64,000 nt of DNA from positions 2,048,001 through 2,112,000 of the forward strand of contig CBDCTH010000012.1 in NCBI GenBank assembly GCA_965222155.1, written 5' to 3'. Under the pieces are notes generated by a model, which worked only from the letters and a program-made list of their open reading frames with translations, did no database searches and was not told where the DNA came from. This DNA is from Gammaproteobacteria bacterium. GTDB lineage: Bacteria; Pseudomonadota; Gammaproteobacteria; Eutrophobiales; Eutrophobiaceae. Each line of letters opens with the position of its first letter. The stretch's first letter is position 1. Of the stretch, positions 1 to 10,213 are shown piece after piece. Both the position numbers and the translations under genes were made by a program.

Positions 1-831
1 CTGGCCTTCGGCGGCGCCGATGCCGTCGATTTCGGCGCGCCAGGTCATTATCTTCTTTCCGGAACCGTTCTCGTCATTGCTGTTTTCATTCATCAATTCG
101 GCAAGGGGTTCCTGTCCCTGGCCTCGATCATCATCGCCATGGTCTGCGGTTGCCTTATTGCCTGGTTTATGGGGTTTATTGACCTGGACGCGCTGAACCG
201 GGCCAGCTGGGTATCCACCCCCGTACCGGTCCCGTTCGGTTTGAGTTTCGAGATTTCAGCGATTTTCAGCTTCGTGCTGATTTCAACGGTGGCGATTACC
301 GAAACCATCGGTGACATCTCCGGTACGACTATCGCGGGGGTGAACCGGGAACCTACGGACAAGGAAATTTCCGGCGGGGTGATGGCTGACGGCTGCGGTT
401 CGCTGCTGGCGGCTGTGTTCGGCTGCCTGCCGCTAGTCACTTATAGCCAGAACGTCGGGCTGGTTGCCTTGACTGGCATTGTAAACCGTCATGTGGTATC
501 CCTGGCCGGCATCTTCATGATTATAATCGGCCTGTTTCCGAAACTGTCCGCGCTTATCGGTGCCATGCCGACGGCTGTCCTGGGGGGTGTTTCGATTCTG
601 ATGTTCGGCTCGGTGGTGGCTGCGGGCCTGAAAATGCTTGAACTGGCCAATTACAACCAGCGCAATATGTTGATTGCCGGTCTGGCCCTGGCCGTCGGGA
701 TCGGTCTGCCGGAACAGCACGGATTTCTTGAACGTCTCCCGGAGCAACTGCGCATCATCATGGAGACGGGACTGGTCCCTGCAATCCTGTTAGCTATTGT
801 AATGAACCTGATTTTGCCTGGGCGGGAGTAG
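1..831 (+). CDS. NCS2 family nucleobase:cation symporter (xanthine/uracil permease), 5'-truncated by window edge
   Basis: Frame open from base 1; hydrophobic; ETIGD and NCS2 signature YSQNVGLVALTG; VLGG motif. Confidence 0.93.
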   Translation: MAFGGADAVDFGAPGHYLLSGTVLVIAVFIHQFGKGFLSLASIIIAMVCGCLIAWFMGFIDLDALNRASWVSTPVPVPFGLSFEISAIFSFVLISTVAITETIGDISGTTIAGVNREPTDKEISGGVMADGCGSLLAAVFGCLPLVTYSQNVGLVALTGIVNRHVVSLAGIFMIIIGLFPKLSALIGAMPTAVLGGVSILMFGSVVAAGLKMLELANYNQRNMLIAGLALAVGIGLPEQHGFLERLPEQLRIIMETGLVPAILLAIVMNLILPGRE

Positions 832-837
832 TTGGCC

Positions 838-937
838 GCAGGTTTTGGGGGCTGTTGTTCCGTTCCGAGGGCCATCCATGGCCCGTCCCGCGCTCGTCCC
901 TGGCGCTAGTCACTCCACAACAGCCCCCAAAACCTGC
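838..937. repeat. REP/REPIN-like palindromic element
   Basis: Perfect 21-bp inverted arms gcaggttttgggggctgttgt (838-858) / acaacagcccccaaaacctgc (917-937); internal gggccatccatggccc palindrome; lies between convergent genes. Confidence 0.8.
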
Positions 938-969
938 TACTTACCAATCCCGACTTTCGTTTGAAAATA

Positions 970-1056
970 GATATTTGGGGTCAGAGTAAAAATACTTAAT
1001 GACAAAGTACCACCACCTACCAACTCAACTGTATTTTTACTCTGACCCCAAATATC
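970..1056. repeat. REP-like inverted repeat (GGGGTCAGAGT type); possible bidirectional terminator
   Basis: Perfect 26-bp arms gatatttggggtcagagtaaaaatac (970-995) / gtatttttactctgaccccaaatatc (1031-1056). Confidence 0.8.
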
Positions 1057-1071
1057 AAATATCCGGTGATA

Positions 1072-4000
1072 CTATGAAGCCAGGTTGTCGAGGAGATCGT
1101 CGAGGCATTGGAAGCGGGCTTGTGCATTGGGGAATTCGTTGTTTATCCTGAGTTTTTCTCCCCCTTCAAGTTTATATAAGTGGGGGTTTGTCTGGAGCAG
1201 GCTTATCAGTTTTGTCATGTCGATATCTGCGTTTTCGTGGAAGTATATTCTTCCGCCCTTCTCGCCCAGGTCTATTTTTCGGATTCCAAGTGGCCGTGTG
1301 CGCTGCTTGATCCCGGCCAGACGAAACAGGTTCTTTGCTGCGTCCGGCAATAAGCCGAAGCGGTCTATACACTCTTCCTGCAGGTCCCATAATGCGGCTT
1401 CCTGCTCTGTTCCGGCTATTCGCTTGTACATTATCAACCTGGCGTGGACGTCGGGCAGGTAGTCTGCCGGTATCAATGCGGGTATGTGCATGTCTATTTC
1501 AGTGCCATGATCCAGGGGCCGGTCCAGGTCCGGCTGGCGCCCGTCTTTCAATGAGGATACCGCCCGCTCCAGCAAACTCATGTATAAACCATACCCGATC
1601 TCCTGGATTTGTCCGCTTTGTTCATCGCCTAAAATTTCTCCCACTCCACGTATTTCCATATCATGGGTAGCCAGGGTAAAACCCATGCCCAGTTCCTCCA
1701 GGGCCTCAATCGCTTCAAACCGTTTTGCCGCACTGGCGCTGATGGCTCTCCGGTCCGGCGTAACCAGGTAGGCATAGGCCCGGTGATGGGATCGCCCGAC
1801 CCGGCCGCGCAGTTGATACAGTTGGGCAAGACCGAATTTGTCTGCCCGGTTAATGATGATGGTGTTGGCGCTGGGCACGTCGATGCCGGTCTCTATGATC
1901 GTCGTACACACCAGCACATTGAACCTGAGGCGGTAAAAGTCCAGCATTACCTGCTCTAGCTGTTTTTCCGGCATCTGTCCGTGCGCTATCCGGAGCTTGG
2001 CCTCCGGCGCCAGCCGGGCGACTTCAGCTGCTGTTTTTTCTATGGTGCTTATCTCATTATGTACAAAATATACCTGTCCTCCCCGCTTGATTTCCCGCAG
2101 CATCGCTTCGCTAAGCCAGGCTTTATCCCATTCCCGGATAAAGATTTTTATCGGCAGCCGTTTTGACGGCGGGGTTGCAATGATGGACAGGGAACGCAAA
2201 TCCGATAATGCCAGGTTGAGCGTGCGCGGTATCGGGGTAGCGGTGAGCGTCAAGACGTCCACATGGGCCCGCATTGACTTCAGTTTTTCCTTCTGCCGCA
2301 CACCGAAGCGGTGCTCCTCATCAATGATGACGAGACCGAGATTGTCGTAGACAATACTGTCCTGCAGCAGTTTATGCGTGCCGATGACGATGTCGACTTT
2401 GCCGGCGAGCAGGTCGTCCACGATCGCAGTCTGGTCTTTTCTGGAGACAAACCTGGACAGCACCTCTATGCGCACGGGCCAATCCGCAAACCGGTCCCTG
2501 AAATTCTGGTAATGCTGTTGGGCCAGCAAGGTGGTAGGCGCCAGCATGACGACCTGTTTATGATTTTCCACCGCGACGAATGCAGCCCGCATAGCCACTT
2601 CCGTCTTGCCGAAACCGGAATCACCGCAAACGAGCCGGTCCATGGGGACGGCTGCGCGCATGTCATCAAGCACCCCGGCGATCGCCTCTGTCTGGCCCGG
2701 GGTCTCCTCAAAAGGGAAATCCTGGGCAAATGCCTGGTAGGTATTATTGTCGATGCTGAACACATGACCATTGAGCGCCGCCCTGCGGGCGTGCAGCTCC
2801 AGCAATTCCGCTGCCACGTCATAAACTCTCGTCAGGGCCTTGCGTTTCGCCTTCTGCCATTGGCCGCTGCCCAGGCGCTGCAACGGTGCGTGTTCCGCAT
2901 CCACACCGACGAACCGGCTGACCTGGTCCAGCGCAGCCACCGGCACGTATAACTTGTCTCCCTGGTCATATTCCAGACAGATAAACTCGGCTTCAATTTC
3001 GTTTACCGTCAGGGTCAGCAAGCCGCGGTAACGGCCCACCCCATGTTCTTCATGGACGACCGGCGCTCCCAGCGACAATTCGGTTAAATTACTGACAATC
3101 GAATCGGTAAGTTGGCGGCGTCTTTTGCGCAGGCGGCGCTGCTGCGCCCGCTCGCCGAACAACTGGGATTCGCTCAATACGACGAGACTGGGTTGTTCCA
3201 GCACGGCCCCCCGTTCCAGCGGCGCTACGGTCAAACCGAAGCGCACCTCCTGCATCATGAACTCATCCCAATCCCTGCACAGGACCGGCCTGGTTTTTTC
3301 ATTACGGAATAATTCCATGATAGTTTCCCGGCGGCCGACCGATTCCGCCACAATCAGCATGCGTCCTGCAAACCCGTCCATGAACCGGTGGAAAACAGCC
3401 AGGGGATCCTGCGCGCGTATATTAACGGGGAGTTTTTTCGGATACCCCGTATTAAAGGTAATCGTTTTGCCCCCCCTGGCATCAATACCGGTGTTGTCGA
3501 TATGAATCTGCGGGTATGCCGCCAGTAAGCCGAACACCTCATCGGTCGGGTAAAATACTTCATCCGGCGACAACAGGGGCCGTTCACCATCGTGCTTTCC
3601 CTGTTCATAACGGGTTTCCGCCATATCCCGGAAATCCAGCGCCGCGTTATACACACCCTCATCCAGCATGACTGTCGGGTTTTCCGGAAAATAATCGACC
3701 AGGCTACCGGTATGCGAATAAAACAATGGCAGGTAGTACTCAATTCCTGCCGGGGCAATTGCGTTGCTGACGTCGGTATAAATCGGGCAACGGCTGGGAT
3801 TTCCGGCAAACCGCAAGCGCCAGTTACTCCGGAACAGCTCTATGGCCGATGCGGTTAAAGGCACTTCCCTGGCAGGCAATATCCTGATTTCCTGCGTTTT
3901 TTCCAGGGACCTCTGGGTTTCGATATCGAAAATCCGGATACTGTCGATTTCATTATCGAACAGATCCAGCCGGAACGGCGCCTCGGAACCCATAGGATAA

Positions 4001-4524
4001 ATATCGAGGATTGAACCTCTTATGGCCACGTCCCCGTGCTCCATAACCTGGGATACGTTACGATAACCATTATTATCCAGTTCCTGCCTGAAGACGTCCG
4101 TCTCCAAAGTCTGTCCGGTACGTAAAAACATGCTGTGCGCCAGAAGATAATCTGCCGGCAGCAGTCGATGCATCAAGGTGGAAACGGGAACGACCAGAAT
4201 GGCCGTGCGAATTTTGCGCAATTCCACCAGTGTCGCCAGTCGGTCGGAAACGATATCCTGGTAAGGGGAAAACTTGTCATATGGCAGGGTCTCCCAGTCC
4301 GGGAACGACAACAACCTGTGCCCGCTGCGGGGGGGATTGAAAAAAGCCAGTTCTTCCATGAGGCGGTGGGCGCCGGACTGGTCCGCAGTGATAACGATAA
4401 ATAGCGCCGCGTTTTTCTTTGCAGCAGACGTGATTGCCAGTGCTTTGCTGCAGCCGGGCAGCCGCTCCCAATTTACCCGCTGTCCTTCAAGCACGGGAAT
4501 TTCAGGATGTAGTGGGCTGGACAC
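1072..4524 (-). CDS. mfd: Transcription-repair coupling factor
   Basis: FPDWETLPYD, FPFEETPGQ, CGDSGFGKTEVA, DEEHRFGV, QLRGRVGRS motifs; start placed at GTG 4524 because the longer ORF start lies inside a repeat. Confidence 0.97.
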   Translation of the reverse strand: MSSPLHPEIPVLEGQRVNWERLPGCSKALAITSAAKKNAALFIVITADQSGAHRLMEELAFFNPPRSGHRLLSFPDWETLPYDKFSPYQDIVSDRLATLVELRKIRTAILVVPVSTLMHRLLPADYLLAHSMFLRTGQTLETDVFRQELDNNGYRNVSQVMEHGDVAIRGSILDIYPMGSEAPFRLDLFDNEIDSIRIFDIETQRSLEKTQEIRILPAREVPLTASAIELFRSNWRLRFAGNPSRCPIYTDVSNAIAPAGIEYYLPLFYSHTGSLVDYFPENPTVMLDEGVYNAALDFRDMAETRYEQGKHDGERPLLSPDEVFYPTDEVFGLLAAYPQIHIDNTGIDARGGKTITFNTGYPKKLPVNIRAQDPLAVFHRFMDGFAGRMLIVAESVGRRETIMELFRNEKTRPVLCRDWDEFMMQEVRFGLTVAPLERGAVLEQPSLVVLSESQLFGERAQQRRLRKRRRQLTDSIVSNLTELSLGAPVVHEEHGVGRYRGLLTLTVNEIEAEFICLEYDQGDKLYVPVAALDQVSRFVGVDAEHAPLQRLGSGQWQKAKRKALTRVYDVAAELLELHARRAALNGHVFSIDNNTYQAFAQDFPFEETPGQTEAIAGVLDDMRAAVPMDRLVCGDSGFGKTEVAMRAAFVAVENHKQVVMLAPTTLLAQQHYQNFRDRFADWPVRIEVLSRFVSRKDQTAIVDDLLAGKVDIVIGTHKLLQDSIVYDNLGLVIIDEEHRFGVRQKEKLKSMRAHVDVLTLTATPIPRTLNLALSDLRSLSIIATPPSKRLPIKIFIREWDKAWLSEAMLREIKRGGQVYFVHNEISTIEKTAAEVARLAPEAKLRIAHGQMPEKQLEQVMLDFYRLRFNVLVCTTIIETGIDVPSANTIIINRADKFGLAQLYQLRGRVGRSHHRAYAYLVTPDRRAISASAAKRFEAIEALEELGMGFTLATHDMEIRGVGEILGDEQSGQIQEIGYGLYMSLLERAVSSLKDGRQPDLDRPLDHGTEIDMHIPALIPADYLPDVHARLIMYKRIAGTEQEAALWDLQEECIDRFGLLPDAAKNLFRLAGIKQRTRPLGIRKIDLGEKGGRIYFHENADIDMTKLISLLQTNPHLYKLEGGEKLRINNEFPNAQARFQCLDDLLDNLAS

Positions 4525-4534
4525 AATATTTTCA

Positions 4535-4612
4535 GCCACAGAGGGCACAGAGATCACAGAGTGGGTCGGGAATCATGATTACACAAAGGTATTAAATCCT
4601 TACCTCTGTGGC
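4535..4612. repeat. CACAGAG-periodic MITE-like element, short copy A
   Basis: gccacagagggcacagagatcacagag ... ctctgtggc termini shared with copies at 7680, 10079, 11342, 54978. Confidence 0.8.
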
Positions 4613-4627
4613 AAAAAAATCTGTTGC

Positions 4628-4918
4628 TTAATCTTTATCTGTGGAAAGCTGGGTATCGGGTGTAGCGTCTGTCTGATGGGCTTTGAGCTGCCTGTTGAGT
4701 TTTGCTTTGTCACGTTTGAGTTTTAACCATGCCGGCAAACCTGACAATACACCCAGTATTGCACCGCCAAGCAGGGCAACGGCAAGCGCCATCGATAACG
4801 GTATTTCACTGCTTCCGAGATAGTAATCAACTGTCACCTGTTGCCCATTACGAACATGGAACGCCAATCCAATTAAAACAACAAGCAGGATCAGGGCGTA
4901 TTTAATGATGGACATCAA
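4628..4918 (-). CDS. lapA: Lipopolysaccharide assembly protein A family
   Basis: Two TM segments, [10 protein letters not shown]-terminal basic helix; directly downstream of ihfB. Confidence 0.85.
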   Translation of the reverse strand: MMSIIKYALILLVVLIGLAFHVRNGQQVTVDYYLGSSEIPLSMALAVALLGGAILGVLSGLPAWLKLKRDKAKLNRQLKAHQTDATPDTQLSTDKD

Positions 4919-5223
4919 TCTGTGCGATCATCAATTACGGTCGAATTCTGATCCACCCGCTCCCGCATTTGCTTTCCGGGTTTGAAATAAGGGACATACT
5001 TGGCCGCCAAAGAAACAGCTTCGCCGGACTTGGGGTTTCGACCGACCCGAGGTGGCCGATAGTGTAGTGAAAAGCTGCCGAATCCCCGAATTTCAATCCT
5101 CTCCCCACTTGCCAGGCTCTGGGCCATAGACTCAAGGATAGTTTTTACTGCCGATTCTATGTCTTTAGATGTAAACTGAGGCTGTCGCCTGCTTAAAGCT
5201 TCAATCAGTTCAGATTTGGTCAT
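4915..5223 (-). CDS. ihfB: Integration host factor beta subunit
   Basis: MTKSELIE...[27 protein letters not shown]; GGAG RBS before ATG 5223. Confidence 0.97.
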   Translation of the reverse strand: MTKSELIEALSRRQPQFTSKDIESAVKTILESMAQSLASGERIEIRGFGSFSLHYRPPRVGRNPKSGEAVSLAAKYVPYFKPGKQMRERVDQNSTVIDDRTD

Positions 5224-5254
5224 TGCTCCAATCTCGCATTGTTTGTGCGAAGAA

Positions 5255-6937
5255 TCAACCACTATCCCCGCTGTCCAAGTGCTTCTTCAGCAAGTCGCCC
5301 AATTTTGCTCCAGACGAAGAGTCGGGAGTGTACTCCTTGATTGCCGCGGACTCTTCATCCGATTCTTTTGCCTTCACGGAGACGGAAATTGTACGTTTTT
5401 TCCTGTCCACAGCAGTGATTTTGACTTCGACCTCATCATCTTCCTTCAACCCACTGCTTTTAGCATCCCTGGCTTTCTTATCTCCTGACAACTCAGATAT
5501 TTTTAACTGCCCATCAACTCCCTGGGCTAATTCAACTATAATATTCCTGGTTTCGATGGCGCTGATCTTACCGCTAACCACCGCACCCTTGGGATTCTCT
5601 GCCACATAAGCCGTGAACGGATCCCTTTCCAGTTGTTTAATCCCCAGTGAGATGCGTTCTCTCTCGGTATCCACCGCGAGCACGACCGTTTCAATCTGGG
5701 TTCCTTTTTTATAATTTCGAAGTGCGTCCTCACCCTCGTCCACCCAGGATACATCCGATAAATGCACCAACCCATCTATACCGCCGGGCAGCCCGATAAA
5801 GATGCCGAAGTCAGTGATAGACTTGATTTGACCACTAACCCGGTCTCCCTTGTTATGCAGGGCGGCAAACTCTTCCCAGGGATTCGGTTGACATTGTTTC
5901 ATCCCAAGTGAAATCCGCCGGCGTTCCTGGTCGATATCCAATACAATGACGTCAACCTGATCACCCGTCTGCACGAGCTTTGAAGGATGGATATTCTTAT
6001 TCGTCCAATCCATTTCCGACACATGCACCAACCCCTCGACACCTTCTTCCAGCTCGACGAAACAACCGTAATCGGCCAGATTGGTGACTGCGCCGTGCAA
6101 GCGTGAACCTTCCGGAAAGCGTTTGGTTAAATCTCCCCAGGGATCATCCCCCATCTGTTTCAGTCCCAGGGATACCCGGTTGCGTTCACGGTCAAACTTC
6201 AACACCTTGACTTCGATTTCATCACCGATATTGACGATATCGGCAGGGTCTTTTACCCGTTTCCAGGCCATGTCAGTGATATGCAACAGTCCGTCAATAC
6301 CGCCAAGGTCCAGAAACGCGCCATAGTCCGTCAGGTTCTTCACCACACCTGTCACGGTGACTCCTTCCTTGAGTTTATCAATCAGGCTTTGCCGCTCTGC
6401 AATATTTTCACTCTCCACCACAGCCCTGCGGGACACCACCACATTACTTCGTTTCTGGTCGATTTTAATTACCTTGAAATCAAGCGCCTTACCTTCAAGG
6501 TAAACCGTATCCTTGACAGGCCGAACGTCAACAAGCGACCCCGGCAAAAATGCCCTGATACCTTCAACGTCAACGGTAAAACCACCCTTCACCCGCTCCG
6601 TGATCACACCGGTGACGGTCTTATCGGAGTCATGGGCTTGTTCCAGGTTGCTCCATGCCAGCAGCCGTTTAGCTTTCTCCCTCGATAGACGAGTCTCGCC
6701 GTAACCGTCTTCTATCGCGTCCAGAGCCACCTCGACCTGGTCGCCTACTGAAACTTCAAGTTCTCCTTTTTCGTCGAAAAACTGATCGATGGGTATCCAT
6801 GATTCCGATTTCAAACCGGCGCTGACTATAACGTTGTCCTGGTAAACATCAACGACGGTACCGTTTAAAATGGAACCAAGACGCATTTTCGACTCTACTT
6901 GGCTTTGTTCGAATAATTCCGCGAAACTCTCAGTCAT
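5255..6937 (-). CDS. rpsA: 30S ribosomal protein S1
   Basis: [10 protein letters not shown] start, repeated S1 domains, cmk-rpsA-ihfB synteny. Confidence 0.99.
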   Translation of the reverse strand: MTESFAELFEQSQVESKMRLGSILNGTVVDVYQDNVIVSAGLKSESWIPIDQFFDEKGELEVSVGDQVEVALDAIEDGYGETRLSREKAKRLLAWSNLEQAHDSDKTVTGVITERVKGGFTVDVEGIRAFLPGSLVDVRPVKDTVYLEGKALDFKVIKIDQKRSNVVVSRRAVVESENIAERQSLIDKLKEGVTVTGVVKNLTDYGAFLDLGGIDGLLHITDMAWKRVKDPADIVNIGDEIEVKVLKFDRERNRVSLGLKQMGDDPWGDLTKRFPEGSRLHGAVTNLADYGCFVELEEGVEGLVHVSEMDWTNKNIHPSKLVQTGDQVDVIVLDIDQERRRISLGMKQCQPNPWEEFAALHNKGDRVSGQIKSITDFGIFIGLPGGIDGLVHLSDVSWVDEGEDALRNYKKGTQIETVVLAVDTERERISLGIKQLERDPFTAYVAENPKGAVVSGKISAIETRNIIVELAQGVDGQLKISELSGDKKARDAKSSGLKEDDEVEVKITAVDRKKRTISVSVKAKESDEESAAIKEYTPDSSSGAKLGDLLKKHLDSGDSG

Positions 6938-6971
6938 CTAGTAAGTTATCTCTTATATTTAATGTATTATG

Positions 6972-7670
6972 TTATGTCTGCATTGTTGACATATCAAAAC
7001 GTTCTCCAATTATCGCCGCCACTTGTGCAAATACATCATCTCTCCCGCTGTCAGAGGTATCAATTACAACAGCGCTATCTGCCGGCTTCAAAGGAGAGAG
7101 AATGCGTTGCTTATCACGCTTGTCCCGTTCAGCGATAGACCCCACGAGTTGCGGGAATCTAACATTAATCCCTTTTGCATTCAACTGTTTATATCGTCTT
7201 TTTGCTCGTTCTTGCGGATTCGCCGTCAAAAATAGCTTTAATTCGGCATCCGGAAATACCACAGTGCCCATATCGCGTCCATCCGCCACCAGACCGGGGG
7301 GGCGCTGAAAATCCCTTTGCCATCCCAATATTGCCTCACGCACTATGCCGTGCGCAGCCAGACTTGATGCCGCGTTACCACAGTCTTCCCGGCGGATCTG
7401 GGGGCCGACGTCATTTCCATTCAGTATGACTTTTACCGGTTCGTCTGCATCGACGGGTATAAATTGAACATCCAGGTCCCGCGCCAGCGCGGCCACCCCT
7501 GCAGCATCGGAAACAGGAATGTTTCCCCGTTGCGCCAACAGAGCCAGGATACGATACAGCGCGCCACTGTCCAGCAGATTCCAGTTCAACCAGCGGCTGA
7601 TACGGCTGCAAAGCGTCCCCTTGCCGGTGCCACTGGGACCATCCACGGTTATGACGGGAGAATCAGCCAT
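6972..7670 (-). CDS. cmk: Cytidylate kinase
   Basis: ITVDGPSGTGKGT P-loop, LDSGALYR, ADGRDMGTVVFP. Confidence 0.98.
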   Translation of the reverse strand: MADSPVITVDGPSGTGKGTLCSRISRWLNWNLLDSGALYRILALLAQRGNIPVSDAAGVAALARDLDVQFIPVDADEPVKVILNGNDVGPQIRREDCGNAASSLAAHGIVREAILGWQRDFQRPPGLVADGRDMGTVVFPDAELKLFLTANPQERAKRRYKQLNAKGINVRFPQLVGSIAERDKRDKQRILSPLKPADSAVVIDTSDSGRDDVFAQVAAIIGERFDMSTMQT

Positions 7671-7679
7671 TATTTTTTT

Positions 7680-7809
7680 GCCACAGAGGACACAGAGATC
7701 ACAGGGGGAACCGGGTACTCTTTCAATTCAGGGGTAACCTGCATATTAATCAATTCTTCCGCCCTTATACATACTGTTTTTTCTCCGTGTACTCTGTGCC
7801 CTCTGTGGC
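7680..7809. repeat. CACAGAG-periodic MITE-like element, copy B
   Basis: gccacagaggacacagagatcacag ... ctctgtgccctctgtggc; internal aacctgcat and catactgttttttct shared with other copies. Confidence 0.85.
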
Positions 7810-7820
7810 TTAAATCAGAA

Positions 7821-9155
7821 TTATCCTGTTTCTTGTACATCCCAGCCTACCTGCCGGGCGCAATCGATAAATCCGGGAAACGAAGTCGCTACATTGTTAC
7901 AGTCCCTGATGGTGATCGGTCCCTGCGCGGCCAGGCCGGCCACGGAGAAGGCCATGGCGATACGGTGGTCACCATAACTGTCCACTACGCCTCCACGGGG
8001 CCGCCCGCCGGTCACACTTAACCCGTCAGGACGGGACTCAACGGTGATGCCTGTTCTATCAAGCCCGTCCGCCAGGGCCTGGATACGGTCGCTCTCTTTC
8101 ACGCGCAATTCGGCTGCGCCCCTGAGTACGGTTTCACCTTTTGCATAACAGGCCGCTACCATGATGGCCGGAAATTCATCAATGGCTATCGGCACCAGGG
8201 CTTCGGGAATTGATATCCCATGCAGGGGCCGGTATTTTACCCGCAGGTCCGCCAATGGCTCAGCCACTCCGTCAACCACGTTGGTGACGCTGATGTCTGC
8301 TCCCATCATATTGAGAATTTCCACTACCGCCTGCCGGGTGGGATTGATCCCGACGCCTTCGATGACCAGGTCCGAACCGGGGACGATACAGCCCGCGACC
8401 AGAAAAAAAGCGGCGGATGAAATATCACCGGGAATACGCAGCCGGTTTGCCTGCAATACCCCGCTTTCAATCGTTAACCGATTACCCGAGCGCGTGACCG
8501 GGCAGCCGAAATGCCTCAGCAGTCTTTCCGTATGATCACGGGTCGGCGCCGGTTCGATAATTACGGTTTTACCCTCGGCGTACAACCCTGCCAGCAACAA
8601 TGCAGATTTCAACTGGGCGCTGGCAACGGGCAGTTCATACTCAATGCCGCACAAGCGCCTGTTGCCCGGTACGCGCACGGGCAGGGTTCCCTCGGGACTG
8701 GTGCGCACATCGGCGTTCATCATGTTGAGCGGGTCAGCCACGCGCCGCATCGGCCGGCGCAGCAGTGACTCATCACCTGATAACGTGGAAGCAAACCATT
8801 GGCCGGCCAGGACACCCAGCAACAAACGCGCCGACGTGCCGGAATTACCCAGGTCCAGAATACCGGGCGGCGCCGACAAACCGTGCAGCCCTGCCCCGTT
8901 GATGGACAGGAACTCATCTTTCTGCGTGATGCGCACCCCCATCTGCCGCAAGGCGGCCATGGTTGCGCGAGTATCTGCACTGTCCAGGAAACCGCTGCAA
9001 TCACTGACTCCTTCAGCCAGCGACGCCAGTATCACCGCCCTGTGTGAGATGGATTTATCCCCGGGGACGCGTATCCTGCCCTGTAGCGCCCCACTCACGG
9101 GTTCAACAAGGTAATCGATCCCCGGTTGCACCCCAACACTGCTTTTTCTCATCAT
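7821..9155 (-). CDS. aroA: 3-phosphoshikimate 1-carboxyvinyltransferase (EPSP synthase)
   Basis: PGDKSISHRA, LGNSGT, ASAQLKS, RVKESDRI, DHRIAM. Confidence 0.98.
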   Translation of the reverse strand: MMRKSSVGVQPGIDYLVEPVSGALQGRIRVPGDKSISHRAVILASLAEGVSDCSGFLDSADTRATMAALRQMGVRITQKDEFLSINGAGLHGLSAPPGILDLGNSGTSARLLLGVLAGQWFASTLSGDESLLRRPMRRVADPLNMMNADVRTSPEGTLPVRVPGNRRLCGIEYELPVASAQLKSALLLAGLYAEGKTVIIEPAPTRDHTERLLRHFGCPVTRSGNRLTIESGVLQANRLRIPGDISSAAFFLVAGCIVPGSDLVIEGVGINPTRQAVVEILNMMGADISVTNVVDGVAEPLADLRVKYRPLHGISIPEALVPIAIDEFPAIMVAACYAKGETVLRGAAELRVKESDRIQALADGLDRTGITVESRPDGLSVTGGRPRGGVVDSYGDHRIAMAFSVAGLAAQGPITIRDCNNVATSFPGFIDCARQVGWDVQETG

Positions 9156-9198
9156 GGAAACCTGGCTATCGACAAGCGGACGGGTGCAATAATTTGGG

Positions 9199-10071
9199 CT
9201 AACGTCCTTTAGCTTCAGTAAACTTATCCCTGGCCTGCCTGGCCCGGGAAAATATTTCCATCAAGCGCTCGCCATCACCCCCGGCAATCGCCTGTCTCAC
9301 TCCGTGCAGGTGCTGCTCAAACCTGTCTAAAACGGCCAGTAACGCCGTCTCGTTAGCCAGGCAGATGTCGCGCCACATCTCCGGGCTGCTGGAGGCTACC
9401 CGGGTAAAGTCGGCGAAACCACCGGCTGCGTAGGCAAAAATCTCCTCCTTGTCCTGCATACGCGCCAGACAATCAATCAGAGTATAAACCAGTACATGGG
9501 GCAGGTGACTGGTTGCCGCCAATACCTCATCATGGTGCCCGACCTCCAGGTCGACAACGGTGGCGCCCACCCCTCGCCACATTGCGGCAATCGTCTCCCT
9601 GGCGCCGGCGTCCGTCTCCGCAAGTGGCGTAAGGATCACAATATGTTTTTCAAACAACTCGGCAAAAGATGCCTCAACACCGCTTTTCTCCGTACCGGCA
9701 ATGGGATGCGCCGGAACAAAATACGGGAGCCGGTCAGCAAGGACTTTTCTCGCCGTCTCCACCACTATACCCTTGGCGCTGCCGACGTCGGTAATAATGC
9801 ATTCCTGCTTCAATCCATCCGACATTTCGCGCAATAAGGTCTCGGTAGTGGCAAGTGGCGTAGCCAGGACAACTACGTCAGCCCCGCTGACTGCCTCCCG
9901 GGCGTCGAGGCTGTAATGGTCGATGACTCCGAGTTCAACGGCTTGTTGCAGGGCTGCCTCGCGCCGGCCATAACCGGTAATCGTCTTGCACAGGGAAGTA
10001 CGCTTCAGGGCGCGCGCCAGCGAACCCCCAATCAGGCCGAGTCCGATGATGGTGATCTTGTCAAACAGCAT
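9199..10071 (-). CDS. tyrA: Prephenate/arogenate dehydrogenase
   Basis: GLGLIGGS, DVGSAK, HPIAGTE, SHLPH; start at MLFDK (longer ORF start is inside a repeat). Confidence 0.95.
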   Translation of the reverse strand: MLFDKITIIGLGLIGGSLARALKRTSLCKTITGYGRREAALQQAVELGVIDHYSLDAREAVSGADVVVLATPLATTETLLREMSDGLKQECIITDVGSAKGIVVETARKVLADRLPYFVPAHPIAGTEKSGVEASFAELFEKHIVILTPLAETDAGARETIAAMWRGVGATVVDLEVGHHDEVLAATSHLPHVLVYTLIDCLARMQDKEEIFAYAAGGFADFTRVASSSPEMWRDICLANETALLAVLDRFEQHLHGVRQAIAGGDGERLMEIFSRARQARDKFTEAKGR

Positions 10072-10078
10072 GTTTTTA

Positions 10079-10213
10079 GCCACAGAGGACACAGCGATCA
10101 CAGAGAAAGAAAAAACAGTATGAATAACGTAACAGGTGAATCGCTGAACATGCAGGCTACCCAGGTATAAAAAGTGACTCGAATCACTCTGTAATCTCTG
10201 TGTCCTCTGTGGC
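10079..10213. repeat. CACAGAG-periodic MITE-like element, copy C (overlaps hisC 3' end)
   Basis: Reverse complement nearly identical internally to 11342-11468. Confidence 0.9.
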
